From: a virus
Virus record (IMG/VR): IMGVR_UViG_3300046370_000603
DNA: 64,000 nt
Strand: one strand, 5' to 3'
Shown: positions 32,921 through 45,060 of the stretch, in pieces
How the letters are laid out: the number at the start of each line of letters is the position of its first letter
Numbering within the stretch: position 1 is the first letter of the stretch
Program-made: the position numbers and the translations under genes
The notes under the pieces: model-generated
Seen by the model: the letters and a program-made list of their open reading frames with translations, nothing else
Database searches by the model: none
What the model was told of the DNA's origin: nothing

Positions 32921-35900
32921 CTTTTAGGTTCACCTCTTTTTGTTCTCTCCAAAAGAACACTCCCTGCTTGATCAACTAAAAAAGACTAGAAAGTAATTCG
33001 ATTACTACTATATCGGAGTTAGTCATGGATACTCTCCATGCAAATATTTAAAGTAAACTATGAAAATACAATTAGGAATAAGGGGTAGTGAAGATGCCAT
33101 GAATCACATCTTAATTAAAATAGATGATCTTATTTTAATGAATAAAGATAATTTATTTCTAGCAGGGAATGAAGGTAGAGATAACACAGGAAAAAATTTA
33201 GTTCAATTATTAAATACTCTATCCAAAGATCACGAAATATCTGTTAGTGAAAATGTTGCAGAACTTATAGAGAGCGAATTAGACATAAAAAACAACGAAA
33301 TTAAAAAATATTCAAAATAGTGTTGACATAAATAAAAAACTATTTTAGTATTTTTGTTATGAATACAACAGAAGCATTCCTAGAAAGCATAAATCAATCA
33401 ATCGCCAATGCTGAGAAGATAGCAAACTCGATTCCCAAGAAGGGTCTTAATGTTTATCTCGACAAATCAACTATGGTCATGCAAACATTCAATGATCCTA
33501 GTGCGTTTGCTCATGCCAAGAAAGTTACTTCAAGAGCAGGGCAATCAAGTTGTCTTCGCAATGTATTAGATGCAGGGGGTAGATTGCAATAATGCATGAT
33601 AAAAGATGCAAAATAATTGTTTAACTATATAAATACTATTTTTTTATCGAAAACACAACAAAATGCTTGACATATCATGCAAAATCAACTTGAATAACGA
33701 CATGGAAAAATTACCAACATACGAAGAGTGGACAAAAGACATGGACTTAGAAGCTCAAATAAAATTCTATTATGATGTTGACATTGACAATTATTTAGGT
33801 GATCCTTGGCAAATAGTAGCAGAGATTGCAGAGGAATGTCCTAATTGGTTGGCAGAGTTTAAAATTAATTTTAAAGAATATTTACAAGAAAAGGAATATA
33901 TTCAATGAAAGAAACAAGAGATCACTTTAGAGAAAAAAATCTTCATGTTCAAATGAAGTGGAATATTGAGCCACAAGAAATGCTAGATTATATTATTGAA
34001 GCAGATAAATCCAATGGAAGAGATTCAGATGAATATTCTCCTTCGTTTTATGTAGGCAAATCTCTCAAATATATTCGTGAAGTTTATGAAGATTATAATG
34101 GTCTTGAATCTTTAACTGATACTGAATTAATCGAGAATGGTTATTATAGATTGGAGATCGCATGAAAGAATTAAAAGAAAAATTAAATAAAGTTATCTCT
34201 AAACAAGTTGAGATGGTAAATAAATATGGCTCAAATACTCTCTCTACTTGTGATCATTATAATTGGGACAGGGATATTTGGAATTATAGGCATTCTATCG
34301 TTGACAAGTTAATTGATCTAGGTTTTAATGTCGATACTCAAATGAATTGGGGGGTATTAGATATAACAACAACAAAGGAATTAAAATTATGAATAATTAC
34401 ACAGACGATTATATAGACGATTATATAGAAGAAAACTTAAATAAGTTAGAATACGACTCTTTTACAGGCACTTATTGGTTGCAAGATGAAGAGTGGGAAG
34501 AGCCAAGGGAGTTTACTGCTGACGAATTAATTAACGAAGGAATTTATTTAAATGAATACTGCGAAAGAGTATAATGTAGAAATAGGCTTGACTCCAAGCG
34601 ATATTCAAGCTATTCTCGATGGAGAAATGTCAACACTTCACTTTTTACCAACTGATGATACTGATTACGAAGATAAGATTAGCGTTCATCTCAAGCCAAT
34701 TAGTGAAGATGCACCTTTATCAGAGCAAATGAATTTAGTTGTTGACACATGGAGCAGAAAAGAGTTATAGTATCGACATATCAATAACTATATGTTTACA
34801 AAAGGAGAAAACATCGACATGAATTACATAACAGAAGAAATTAAGTTTCGAGTTCCACAAAATGGTGGAGATCAATATCGCTTATATGAGTGTGTTGATC
34901 AAGTGGCAGATTTAATTGATATGTATTTCGGTACTGCAATAGAAGATACAACTAATATACATAATTTAATTGAAGAAGAAATTAAAACAAGTAAACTTAG
35001 AGAAGTAGAGCATAATAGATTAGAAAATATAAATGGGGGAATTAAATAAAAATATTTAGAAGATTAAATTAATTCTTTATTAAAATAAATTTTAATATTC
35101 AAATTAATTTATTTAATAAATTGTTAAAATAAAAATTATAAGAAAAATGAAAGAAGTAATACAATTAATTGAAGAAAAAATTTTAGAGATTAACAATTTT
35201 CCGATTACAACACAAGAGCAAGAGCAAATGCACATATTAGAAGTGGGATGCTTAAATCAGTTACTTAGAGTAGCAAAAGAACTTTCTGAATAAAAAACAA
35301 AAAAAGCATTGACTTATCATCATGCGTATTTTAGTATAACATCATGAATCTAGCAAGAGAAATAAACGAAAAATTGGATGCAATCTTATTTATGCGTAGT
35401 GAGATGCAACGCATGGATCACGACTTGGATGACGATCAAGTTCTTAATAATATACAAACAGGTGAGAAGACAAATAAGGAACAAGCGTTTGAAATAGTTG
35501 AAGGCATGATAAATGATGTAAAAAAAGAACTAAACCAAATAACAAATAATGGTTTAAATGTAAAAGATATTTTTACAAATAATTATTATATAAATGATTT
35601 CACGCAAGATAAGATTTGTTCTGAAATTGAAACAAATAATACGCTAAATAATAATCAACCAAATAATATAGGATTAAATTAATCATGATACAGATAATAC
35701 AACATTCTAACTTTAAAGAATTTTTTCAAGTTTTAAATTTCGGCAAAATCGTTGATGAATATCGAGGGGAAGCAATAGCGATAAGAAAAGCGTCTCGAAT
35801 TGCTAGAAAACAAAAGCAAGATAGCATTGAAGTATTGACCGAAAAGCAAGATAAAGTAATCCAAGTAAAAAAAGTTTGACAACCCGAAAATCATTTGCTA

Positions 35901-36810
35901 GGATGTAATCATAACATTCAAAATAGGAGAAAAAAATTATGGCAAACATAGCAAAATGTGCAAGAGCAACCGCAGTAATGAACAAAGTGAAAGGCAAAGA
36001 CCCATTTGCTTTTACTCGTAGGTTCTTAGGTTATAACGAAGCAACCGAAGGTATTCTCGCCCAACAAAGAGAGGCAGATCGTAGATTGAAACAAATTCAA
36101 GCCAAAAGATTAGCTAAGGGGGTAGCATAACATGGAAATAGTAACTCCATTAAATAAAAAAGTGAGTATATTTGCATCTAATGAAGAATTATATGAAAAA
36201 TTAACTCCACAAGAAATAATGTTAATTAAATTAGCCAAGATAGAGGAATTTGCAGATGATTTATATAGATCACACGATTCTGAAGCAAATAAAAAATTAT
36301 TTCCACCCGAAAAAAGTTGGTTTAAAATAAAAGAATTGTTAAGAGAATGTAGAAACTTGAACAAATGAAATTTGTAAAATTAATTATACTTTTTTTTATA
36401 TGTAATACATTGTATGGTAATTGTAAAAAATGGGAATTGCGTTTTACAGATAGTACGAGATATTACAGAGAAGATTTAGGGCTTAAATTTTTTAATGTTC
36501 GTATTGGCAACCACATTAAACATACAAGAACATTTCCGTATGGACATAAGTTTCAAAACATATCTGTATATCCAAGTTTAAACAAAATAACAATTCAAAA
36601 TTGGCGAACATTTAATCCTTGGATGGAAGCAGTTAGAAAAAACATGAAAGAAAAATATCCAAATAAAATTGTAAAACTAACATACTCCGAACATGGTGGA
36701 GCAAGCATTGAGCCACAATTCAGAAAACATATTTATTATTTATTTGTTCTTGACAAAGATCAATATTCATACTAATATGATAATCTCACACACAAAAAAG
36801 GAAAACAAAA

Positions 36811-39108
36811 ATGATAATCACACAGGAAAAATCTAAGGAAGTAATTAGTTCACACGATTTCGAGCAAGTTAATTGCACGATTGATGCAGAAGATATGCGT
36901 TATGTTGCATCTCTTCTTCGCAATAACTACTCTAACACTCGTCTTGCAGTAGTTAGAGAAATTAGTGCCAATGCTCTTGATGCCAATGCTGAAGCAGGTG
37001 TTACTCGTCCAATCGAAATCAAGTTACCAACTTCCATGAATCCAACATTTGCAGTTCGTGATTTTGGGGGTGGACTTAGCCAAGAAGATGTTTTCGGACT
37101 TTATTCCAAGTATGGTAAATCAACCAAACGCACATCCAACAATTACATTGGTGCTTTCGGTATTGGTAAATTTGCTCCACTTTCTTATGGTGACAATTTT
37201 ACTTGCGTTTCTTACCATGATGGCACAAAAACTTCTTACAATGTATTTGTTGATGAAAATGACGATACCAAGATCACAAAGTTGTTTGAAGAACCAAGCA
37301 ATGAACCAACAGGTTTAAGCATCGAAGTTGCAGTCTCCGAAGAAGATCGTAACGAATTTAGAGATGTTGTGCAAAAATTCTTTCGTTTCTTTTCTGATTC
37401 TGATATGCCAAAATTTCTTGGAGTCGAAGAAGATTTTATACAAACTCCTAAAAAAGTTTTGTCAAGTAAAACTGATGAATGGTTCTTTGCAGAAGATGAC
37501 AATAGGCATGGGTACAACCATTATTATTCTCATGTTCTTATGGGTAGAGTTGCTTATCCAATTGATCCAAATGCAATTATTGTTAGCAATTTTGTTTCCA
37601 ACGAAGATTCTCGCAGAATAATTCAACAACTTTTACAACAAAGTAATTTCTACTTTCGTGTGCCTCTTGGTTCAGTAAGATTGCATCATAGTCGTGAGTC
37701 GCTAGAATATAACAAAGCAACTCAAAAAGAAATTTGTGCGATTCTTTACAGAGTAAGTCAAGATATTCAAACTATTGCAAAAGAAAAACTTGCCGATAGT
37801 GAAGATTTGTGGGACGCAAAGAAAAACTATGCTCAAGTCGTTAATGCTCTACCTTATCAAGTAAGAGGAATATTTGAGAATAGTTTCGAGTGGAAAGGTA
37901 TCAAAATTGATAATTCTACATTCCAAAGAGACTATCAATTATCAGAAGATTTGATTATTACTCAATACGAAAAAGTTGAAGATAAAGATTCTCGCAATGG
38001 ATTCAAGGTAAGAGCAGATAAAACAAATCGCATTTATTGTCAAGACGATTATCTTGTGATGATGCAAGACATTGATTCTTCTCATGGCAACAATCTTAGA
38101 GTTCGCACTTTGATGAATGATTTACCCGATCTTAAAGGGGTTTTCGTTGTTCATCCTACTAGCGAATGTGGCAAATCAGAAGTTTATGATAATTGGCAAT
38201 TTGATCTTGTTGATGGAAAACATATTAGATATTCTTCTCTAGTAGAAAAGGAAAAAATTGTTCGCAATAAAGTTTCGGGTACAAGTCGTGCTTGTATTCC
38301 ATTGTTCAAGATGAAGTTTGACAAATCTAGTTATGCTTATCGTAATGCAGATTATTGGCAAAATGTCAACGAACCAATCAATTCACTTGAGCTAGGCGAA
38401 ATTGAAGGTTCTGTCAATGGTAAAATCATTTATGTTCCAATCAAAAACTACAAGGTTGATAGTGAATCTTATGATCTTGACAGAGTTTACAAAATCTGCA
38501 AGGGAGTTCGCAAAAAAGCCGAAGATAATTCTGATGAAAAAAATCTTCAATTATTCGGTGTGCGTTCAGCAGATGTCAAAAAACTAGATAAAAGTACATG
38601 GGTATCATTTTTTGATTTTTATCTTGACTATTGCAAGAACATCATTCGTAACAATAAGAAAGAATGTCAATCAGCATACAAAATAATTCAATTCAAAAAA
38701 TCTACCGATAATAATTTCGCTGAATATCGTTGGAGTTATGGTCAAGTATTTACCAATAACACATTTGATGTTTCTCTTTTCGGTGACCATTTATTTGCTC
38801 GTTGTGCAGAAAATTGGAAACTCCTTATGGAAGAGAATACAGATGATCGTAGATTTAGTGTTGCTATCAATGTCGTTAAGTTGGGTGATGAAGCATGGTT
38901 AGATGATATATTGGATACAAAAGTTGATGCAGAATCAATTATGCAGGATTTCAAATTACTTGATAAAAATTATCCTTTACTTCAAGTTGTTACAAGTCAT
39001 GTTAGCAATTGGGTCAATCTAAAACAAGACAATGACAAAAATGTAACCAACGAAACTCTCTTTGAATACATTTCCTTATGTGATGTGAATGGGGGAGAGA
39101 GAGCGTAA
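36811..39108 (+). CDS. rIIA: rIIA-like protein (GHKL/Hsp90-type ATPase N-domain)
   Basis: YSN..LAVVREISANALDA, VRDFGGGLS, YGKSTKR.SN..IGAFGIG; followed by rIIB-like gene. Confidence 0.85.
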   Translation: MIITQEKSKEVISSHDFEQVNCTIDAEDMRYVASLLRNNYSNTRLAVVREISANALDANAEAGVTRPIEIKLPTSMNPTFAVRDFGGGLSQEDVFGLYSKYGKSTKRTSNNYIGAFGIGKFAPLSYGDNFTCVSYHDGTKTSYNVFVDENDDTKITKLFEEPSNEPTGLSIEVAVSEEDRNEFRDVVQKFFRFFSDSDMPKFLGVEEDFIQTPKKVLSSKTDEWFFAEDDNRHGYNHYYSHVLMGRVAYPIDPNAIIVSNFVSNEDSRRIIQQLLQQSNFYFRVPLGSVRLHHSRESLEYNKATQKEICAILYRVSQDIQTIAKEKLADSEDLWDAKKNYAQVVNALPYQVRGIFENSFEWKGIKIDNSTFQRDYQLSEDLIITQYEKVEDKDSRNGFKVRADKTNRIYCQDDYLVMMQDIDSSHGNNLRVRTLMNDLPDLKGVFVVHPTSECGKSEVYDNWQFDLVDGKHIRYSSLVEKEKIVRNKVSGTSRACIPLFKMKFDKSSYAYRNADYWQNVNEPINSLELGEIEGSVNGKIIYVPIKNYKVDSESYDLDRVYKICKGVRKKAEDNSDEKNLQLFGVRSADVKKLDKSTWVSFFDFYLDYCKNIIRNNKKECQSAYKIIQFKKSTDNNFAEYRWSYGQVFTNNTFDVSLFGDHLFARCAENWKLLMEENTDDRRFSVAINVVKLGDEAWLDDILDTKVDAESIMQDFKLLDKNYPLLQVVTSHVSNWVNLKQDNDKNVTNETLFEYISLCDVNGGERA

Positions 39109-39130
39109 TTGCTCCTCTCCCTCAAATTTT
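39090..39130 (+). terminator. Hairpin between rIIA and rIIB
   Basis: GGGGAGAGAGAGC...GCTCCTCTCCC followed by an A/T tract. Confidence 0.45.
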
Positions 39131-39206
39131 TAAAAATAATTCTTGACAATATATACAAAACAATTTAAGATATAGATATATTAAACAAAAATAGGAGAAT
39201 AAAATT

Positions 39207-40361
39207 ATGAATCAAGTACCATATCAATTAACAGAAAATTCACTCACAATCTTTTGGGAAGGCAAGCCACACACAATTCGCAAAGATCATGTAAATTTCC
39301 AACTCGCCAAGAAAGCTATTCTTGATGCTAGATATGATGATCTCGGTGATCTTATTGATGTTGCCAAGGCAGTCGAAAATTTTGTTGAAGGTGATATTGA
39401 AGTTAAGGATGAAGTCGTTTATTACAAAGGTCATCGCTTGCATGGTGTTGTTGTTGACAAATTACTTGATATGCTTCGTGCAGGAATGAAAGATTCTGCT
39501 CCTCTTACCAACTTTATCACTCGCTTGCAAGCTAATCCAAGTGCAAATTCAGTAAATGAACTTTATTCTTTTATGAGTTATAAGTCTCTTGCGAATACTC
39601 CCGAAGGTAAGGTTTTGGGGTACAAAGGTGTGCAATCTGATTATTGGAGTACAACAGGTAATGCCGATACAATTGTATTGCAAGGGAAAACTAATGATCG
39701 TCACCAAATTCTCAATGAGGTTGGTGCAACAATTGAAGTTGCTCGTAGATGCGTAGATGACAATAAGGATAATCATTGTTCTTTTGGTCTTCATGTTGGT
39801 TCATTCGATTATGCTGATAGTTGGGCAGGAGAAGATGGAAGATTGCTTCTTGTGGAGTTTGATCCTGCTGATGCAGTATCTGTACCAACTGATTGTGACT
39901 TTCAAAAACTTAGGGTTTCTAAGTACAAGGTGATCTCTGATATTAGCGACACAAGAAAAGAGTTAAATAAACCTGTCTACGAGGCTAATAAGCCCATTTA
40001 TGGATCAGATGATGATGAAGACTGCGATTATGACGATGATGATTCTGATTTTGTTGATGAAGAGATGGCAGATAGAGTTGCCGATCATTATCTTAATAAT
40101 CCTAAAGATTTATTAGCTAATAATCCTCATTTGCTAGATAGTTATGAAGATAGAGTTGATTCAGTTGTGGAGAGCGTTCGCAAGTATGTTACTAATAAAT
40201 TAAATCTAGGAATTTTTCCAACAATTAAAGATATAGCAGATTTAAGAATTTGTAAATCCAATAAAATTGGATATGTTGGAGTAAAAAGTATTGTCGAAGA
40301 GTTAGGTTATGTTCTTGATTTTCTTGACTTGCCTCTTGGTCAACAAATTGTGGTCGAGTGA
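39207..40361 (+). CDS. rIIB: rIIB-like protein
   Basis: NPS..SV.ELY.F, GYKGV, VDD..NHCSFGLHVG, DPADAVSVP.D...KLRV..Y.V. Confidence 0.85.
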   Translation: MNQVPYQLTENSLTIFWEGKPHTIRKDHVNFQLAKKAILDARYDDLGDLIDVAKAVENFVEGDIEVKDEVVYYKGHRLHGVVVDKLLDMLRAGMKDSAPLTNFITRLQANPSANSVNELYSFMSYKSLANTPEGKVLGYKGVQSDYWSTTGNADTIVLQGKTNDRHQILNEVGATIEVARRCVDDNKDNHCSFGLHVGSFDYADSWAGEDGRLLLVEFDPADAVSVPTDCDFQKLRVSKYKVISDISDTRKELNKPVYEANKPIYGSDDDEDCDYDDDDSDFVDEEMADRVADHYLNNPKDLLANNPHLLDSYEDRVDSVVESVRKYVTNKLNLGIFPTIKDIADLRICKSNKIGYVGVKSIVEELGYVLDFLDLPLGQQIVVE

Positions 40362-41409
40362 TATTTTTGTAGAATTTTATTACTTGTAATATATAATATA
40401 TGTATATGAGTAAAACAATTCAAACATTAGAAGATGTATCAAATATTGACGAGCTAAATGAATTAATAGGAGAAGATGATATTTCCGAAGAAGAGTATCA
40501 AGATATGGTAAAATATATTCAAGATAAAAATTCTTCTAATAAATAGGTAATCCTTTCTCTCCTATGGGTATTGTGGCGAGGTTTCTCTTTGTCCTTGGTC
40601 AGAATTCATCACCCGATCCGTAACCACATAAAAGCGTGATCTAATTTATTTTCAAATAAACCTTACAACTATGAATTTACACAAGAAAATGATAATTTCA
40701 AATAATTTTTACTTTGTGCTTGCTTTATATATCAATATTCATTAGTATATATAACATAATACAATATATATAGAGAGAGAATATAAGATATAATATAATA
40801 AATCACACAAGAAATAATAAATATATTGAAATGTAATAGATTATAAATATAATGATTGAGGAGTACGCAAATTAATTATATAAAAATAAGATGAGAATAA
40901 AAGTATTGGCAATTATAAAAAATTATTTATTAAATAAAAAAATAAAAGATAAACAAAATAATTCAAAAGAAAAAAATTTAAAATATGTACGAAATAAATA
41001 TGGTTTTTTTTCACTTGAAAATAACAAAAAATAAACAATAATAAAAAATTTTACAATTAAATAAATAAATTAATTAAATAATAAATTATTACAAATAAAA
41101 TGAGCATCGAAGATCAAAGTGTAAATTTCGTAGAAAATCACATGGAAACGAGTTTCAGCGAAATAATGTCTTCAAAAATCATCAAAGAAATGTATTGGAT
41201 TGATGTTAAGGAAGGTGCAAGGGCGGTAGCAATAATGGGCGAAATAACTGAAGAGAAAAAAATAGAGAGTAATTTAATATGTCTCTTTCCAATATTTAAA
41301 CCAAAAGAAGATTAACGCAAATAATTACTTATTAGGATAAAAAATAAAAATAATTAAAACAAATATTATTGTTAATAAAAAAACATCCCACAATTCTAAA
41401 AAAGTCATA

Positions 41410-41610
41410 TTATTTATTATTATTAATTTTTTTGTTTATTTCTATTTTTCTTAATAATATTTCAAATTGAGTGTCACTCATATTGTTATATTGATGCCAA
41501 GCATATTCCTTTATCCTCATTAATCTTTTTTCGGGAGTTCCATTCACCCAATAAAACGCACTAGAGCTTAATAAGTCTCTTACAATGTAATTATATATCT
41601 CCATATTCAT
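41410..41610 (-). CDS. Small hypothetical protein
   Basis: GTGTA-N9-ATG on the minus strand sets the start at 41610 (MNMEIYNY...). Confidence 0.5.
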   Translation of the reverse strand: MNMEIYNYIVRDLLSSSAFYWVNGTPEKRLMRIKEYAWHQYNNMSDTQFEILLRKIEINKKINNNK

Positions 41611-42277
41611 AATAATAATTACACCCAAATAATTATACAAAAAATTTAATATAATAAAACACACATAAAATAATTCTTGACAATGTGTGAAAAATATATT
41701 AATGTATTTCTATCAATCATAAATAAAGCGTTAAAAGCGTAAAACAAAAAAAACATTCTATGAAATATATATTAATTACATTATTATTTTTTATAAGTAG
41801 TTGTAGGCATTGTGAATATAATGTCAGCAACATTTCACATAGTTGCCCGAAAATAGGACACGGACCTTGCTACCTCTGCGATACCAAATAATATTATGAA
41901 AATTTTAACCATATTAATCTTATCTGTCTTACCAATATTCGGTGCTATTAATCCTTTTGATGATATAGCAGAAATAAAAGCAAAAAAATTAGACATGAAG
42001 CGTCAAGTATATTTCTTTTGTGCTGATATAAATTGGGCTTGCCAACAAATGACTAGCTTATCAAAGAAATGGGATCCCCAACGCATGGGTATTGAATTCA
42101 CTCCACCGCCCCTTACCATGCCATTAAAAAGCCTACCCAAATATAAATGGCACACTAATAGCAAAAAATTTATTGATGTAATAAAAGAAATTGGTGATAA
42201 ATATAATTGTATTTGGGAATTTAAAGGTGGTAAAGTTATATTTAAATATGTCGAAAATAAATATATCAAAAATAAAG

Positions 42278-42306
42278 TTGACAAATAACATATTATATTA
42301 TATAAT
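42278..42306 (+). promoter_or_regulatory. Consensus sigma70 promoter upstream of a non-coding unit
   Basis: TTGACA-N17-TATAAT, perfect match. Confidence 0.8.
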
Positions 42307-42381
42307 GTATATATAAAATTGAGAAAGATAAACTCAAATAAATAAAATAATCTAAAATTTTTGTTCTTTATAGTATTGGTA

Positions 42382-42645
42382 GACCTCTCCGAGCAGTTGG
42401 AAATTGTTGGAGGCTCGGAGGGGTCGCTTAAATTTTGGAAGGGCTTATAATCCTTCCTGTGGGTGACCCGAATAAGCCTGTCGTGAGCGGGCTAAGGTAT
42501 GCAAATTCCCTGTGGTGGGGCGGTAGAGTTCAATCGAATGAGCCGATGACAAATACCATGTCTAATTTGTAGTTGGAAGTAGGTACACCATGAACTGATG
42601 TTCACGCCGAAAACTTGAAGGTATACAGTAATCCTTCCCCACACT
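42382..42645 (+). ncRNA. Putative structured non-coding RNA, unassigned family
   Basis: GC-rich island with no ORF >=60 aa, multiple hairpins, TGTGGG/CCCACA closing helix, between a consensus promoter and a terminator. Confidence 0.6.
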
Positions 42646-42666
42646 CTATTTATCATCCCCCACCCC

Positions 42667-42722
42667 AACCCTTCTCGGTAACTGCCTAGTAATATCCCAT
42701 TACTAACCGAGAAGGGTTTTTT
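42667..42722 (+). terminator. Intrinsic terminator
   Basis: AACCCTTCTCGGT...ACCGAGAAGGGTT + T tract. Confidence 0.75.
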
Positions 42723-43165
42723 GTTTTGACAACTGCGTTTTTATTTATTATAGTATACTCATGAAAACATTAAAAGACATACTATCAAATTACGGGTACA
42801 TCAACAGCAATCAACTTAAGGAGATAGCAGAGCACTTTCCTGCGTTCAGGGTGGTAATAAAATGGAGCGGGCTCCCCCGCGAGCGTCTTCCAGCCTGGGA
42901 GGCAATATCTAGAATCAAATCTGTAGAGGATCAAGATATCGATTACTGTAGAGAAGTATTTATATCAGGTAAAGAATATAATATATTACTAGACGCCTTT
43001 AATATTGCAAAATAAAAATAAATAACAAAAATATATTATGGAAATAATACTCGTATTAACGGTAGCCCTAGGAGTAAAAATGTTATTAGATGAAATATAA
43101 AAATAAATAAAATATAAAGTAAATAAATAAATGATGAAATAAATTTGATTATGATTACCTCCTTG

Positions 43166-43194
43166 ACCCCCACTGTAACAGGTGGGGGTTTTTT
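43166..43194 (+). terminator. Intrinsic terminator
   Basis: ACCCCCAC...GTGGGGGT + TTTTT. Confidence 0.75.
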
Positions 43195-43216
43195 GTTGCA
43201 CAATTCTACTGTTTCA

Positions 43217-43288
43217 TAAGTCTTTAATTATCAAGCACTTGCGAGCGCGGCTGCCGTGCTACATAAGTCCTTGATTGACAAGCTTTTA
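43217..43288. repeat. Dyad element copy 1
   Basis: TAAGTCTTTAATTATCAAGCACTTG-N22(GGCTGCC)-TAAGTCCTTGATTGACAAGCTTTTA. Confidence 0.92.
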
Positions 43289-44926
43289 CAAAAGCATTTT
43301 TATTTACTTTTTATTTGACAGAAACTAAAAATTAGTTTAGTTTTATATTATGCAAGAGACAATAGATATTACACCAACATGGTCAGCACTCATTCTTCCG
43401 ATGATTGAGGTGTTGAAGAACCCAAAAGCAGGATACGAAGACAAGCAAAATGTTATATTTGAATTAAAGCGTTTGGCTAAAATCGTTGACGACCAAAACG
43501 CAAAGATCAAAGCAAATGACAAAAACAAAACTAATTAAAGAAATTTTAGATCAAATGAATTATCTAAGCCCACGAGAATTGATGAAAATTTTCGAGATGA
43601 TTTATGGTCAAGGAGAAGTTGAACTAAAAGAAGTAGATTGGAGTAAGTAATGACATTATCAGAATCAATTATGGACATCGTTAGAGGCAACCTCGCATGG
43701 TCAGACCCCATGTCAACAGTTTGCCTCGATCAACATGAGCGTCACCCCGAAAAGTTTCCAAAGGGTAGCTCGTTTCAAACTGAAGATGAATCTTTAGCAG
43801 ACATCATTCGAGACTTGACATTATTACAAAATGAGCTTAGGATAGAATCATCTTTTCAATCAGCACAACTATAACACAAGGAAAAATCATGACAACAGTA
43901 TTAGACACACCCGAACAAATCGAAATGTTTCGCTACAAAACTCTTCTTAAAGGGTTAAGGCTCGAGACTTTAGGAATGCAAATGAGCAGGGGCAAATCTT
44001 GCTATTCTATCATCAAACAAGAGTTCGGTCTCAAAGGTAGCAAGCAAAAAGTTTTCGATCAATTCAAATTAATGTTAGAACAAGTAAACGAAAGGGCAGT
44101 ATAATGACAGCATCACAAGTAGAAGCGAGAGTAGAAAGTTGGAATTGGAATATGAATATCTTTGAGATTTATGATGAACTTAGAGATGGACATTCAGCAA
44201 AAGATCAAGAAAATTTACTTTCTTTTGCCTATCGTTATTTTAACAAAGACAAAATGATTTTAGAGCTTGCCTCTCATTTTGGAATCTATAACATAGAGGA
44301 TGATAACAATGAATAATTACATAGAAGCAACCTGCATCGGCAGTCCACTAGGTTTGCCCGAATACAATGAAGATACTGAGCAATGGGAAGTATTTTTTGA
44401 AGAATCAGAAACGCCTTGGTTTCCATACGATATTCCAAGAGACATTCTATCCGTGAGCTTTGAGTCGGCAGATTTGGCTTGCGATGTTTACAATCACTAC
44501 AACCAAAACCCCGTAAAAGAAGAAACTCAAGATGAAGAAATTACTAATTAAAATTTATCGCTTTTTTAATCCGCTATACCAAGTGGTTTATCAAACCAAA
44601 GATGGTAGAACCGAAATGTACACAATTACAAAACCTATGCACGAAAATGAATTCGGCAACCAACAAGAGGGAAAAGATGTCGTTGGCTTCAGATCTTTTT
44701 GCGTGAATAAAGATGGTATCAGATCTTTTCGTTATGACCACATTGTATCCCTAACCAAAATCTAATTATGAAGAAAGAAATACAAAATAAAAATACCCTA
44801 CAAGAGAGCTTGAGAAGATTTGGGCATATGCTTGCCATGCGTGAGCAGCGCGGCGATAATTCAACGGAATACAAAAAGAAACAGGCTATGCACGAATCTA
44901 TGCTAAGAAAGCTTTACAACCAATCG

Positions 44927-44998
44927 TAAGTCATTGATGCTCAGCCACTTAGGTGGCGGGCTGCCGTGCTACATAAGTCCTTGATTGACAAGCGTTTA
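44927..44998. repeat. Dyad element copy 2
   Basis: TAAGTCATTGATGCTCAGCCACTTA-N22(GGCTGCC)-TAAGTCCTTGATTGACAAGCGTTTA. Confidence 0.92.
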
Positions 44999-45060
44999 AA
45001 AATTTAAAATTATTTAACTTTTTTCTTGCAGTAATTAAAAAAATTGCTTAGTATGTTTAC

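Larger units (their letters stand above)
22845..36775 (+). other. Dense run of about 45 co-directional small hypothetical phage ORFs
   Basis: Abutting or overlapping 60-200 aa ORFs, many acidic, many with their own TTGACA promoter. Confidence 0.8.

Noticed and set aside
32766-32979. Track ORFs on both strands
   Set aside because: They overlap tRNA-Cys and are spurious.
42382-42645. tmRNA, RNase P, SRP or 6S identity
   Set aside because: No tRNA-like ends with CCA, no GAGGAAAGUCC, no SRP GGAA domain IV, and the predicted fold is branched rather than rod-like.
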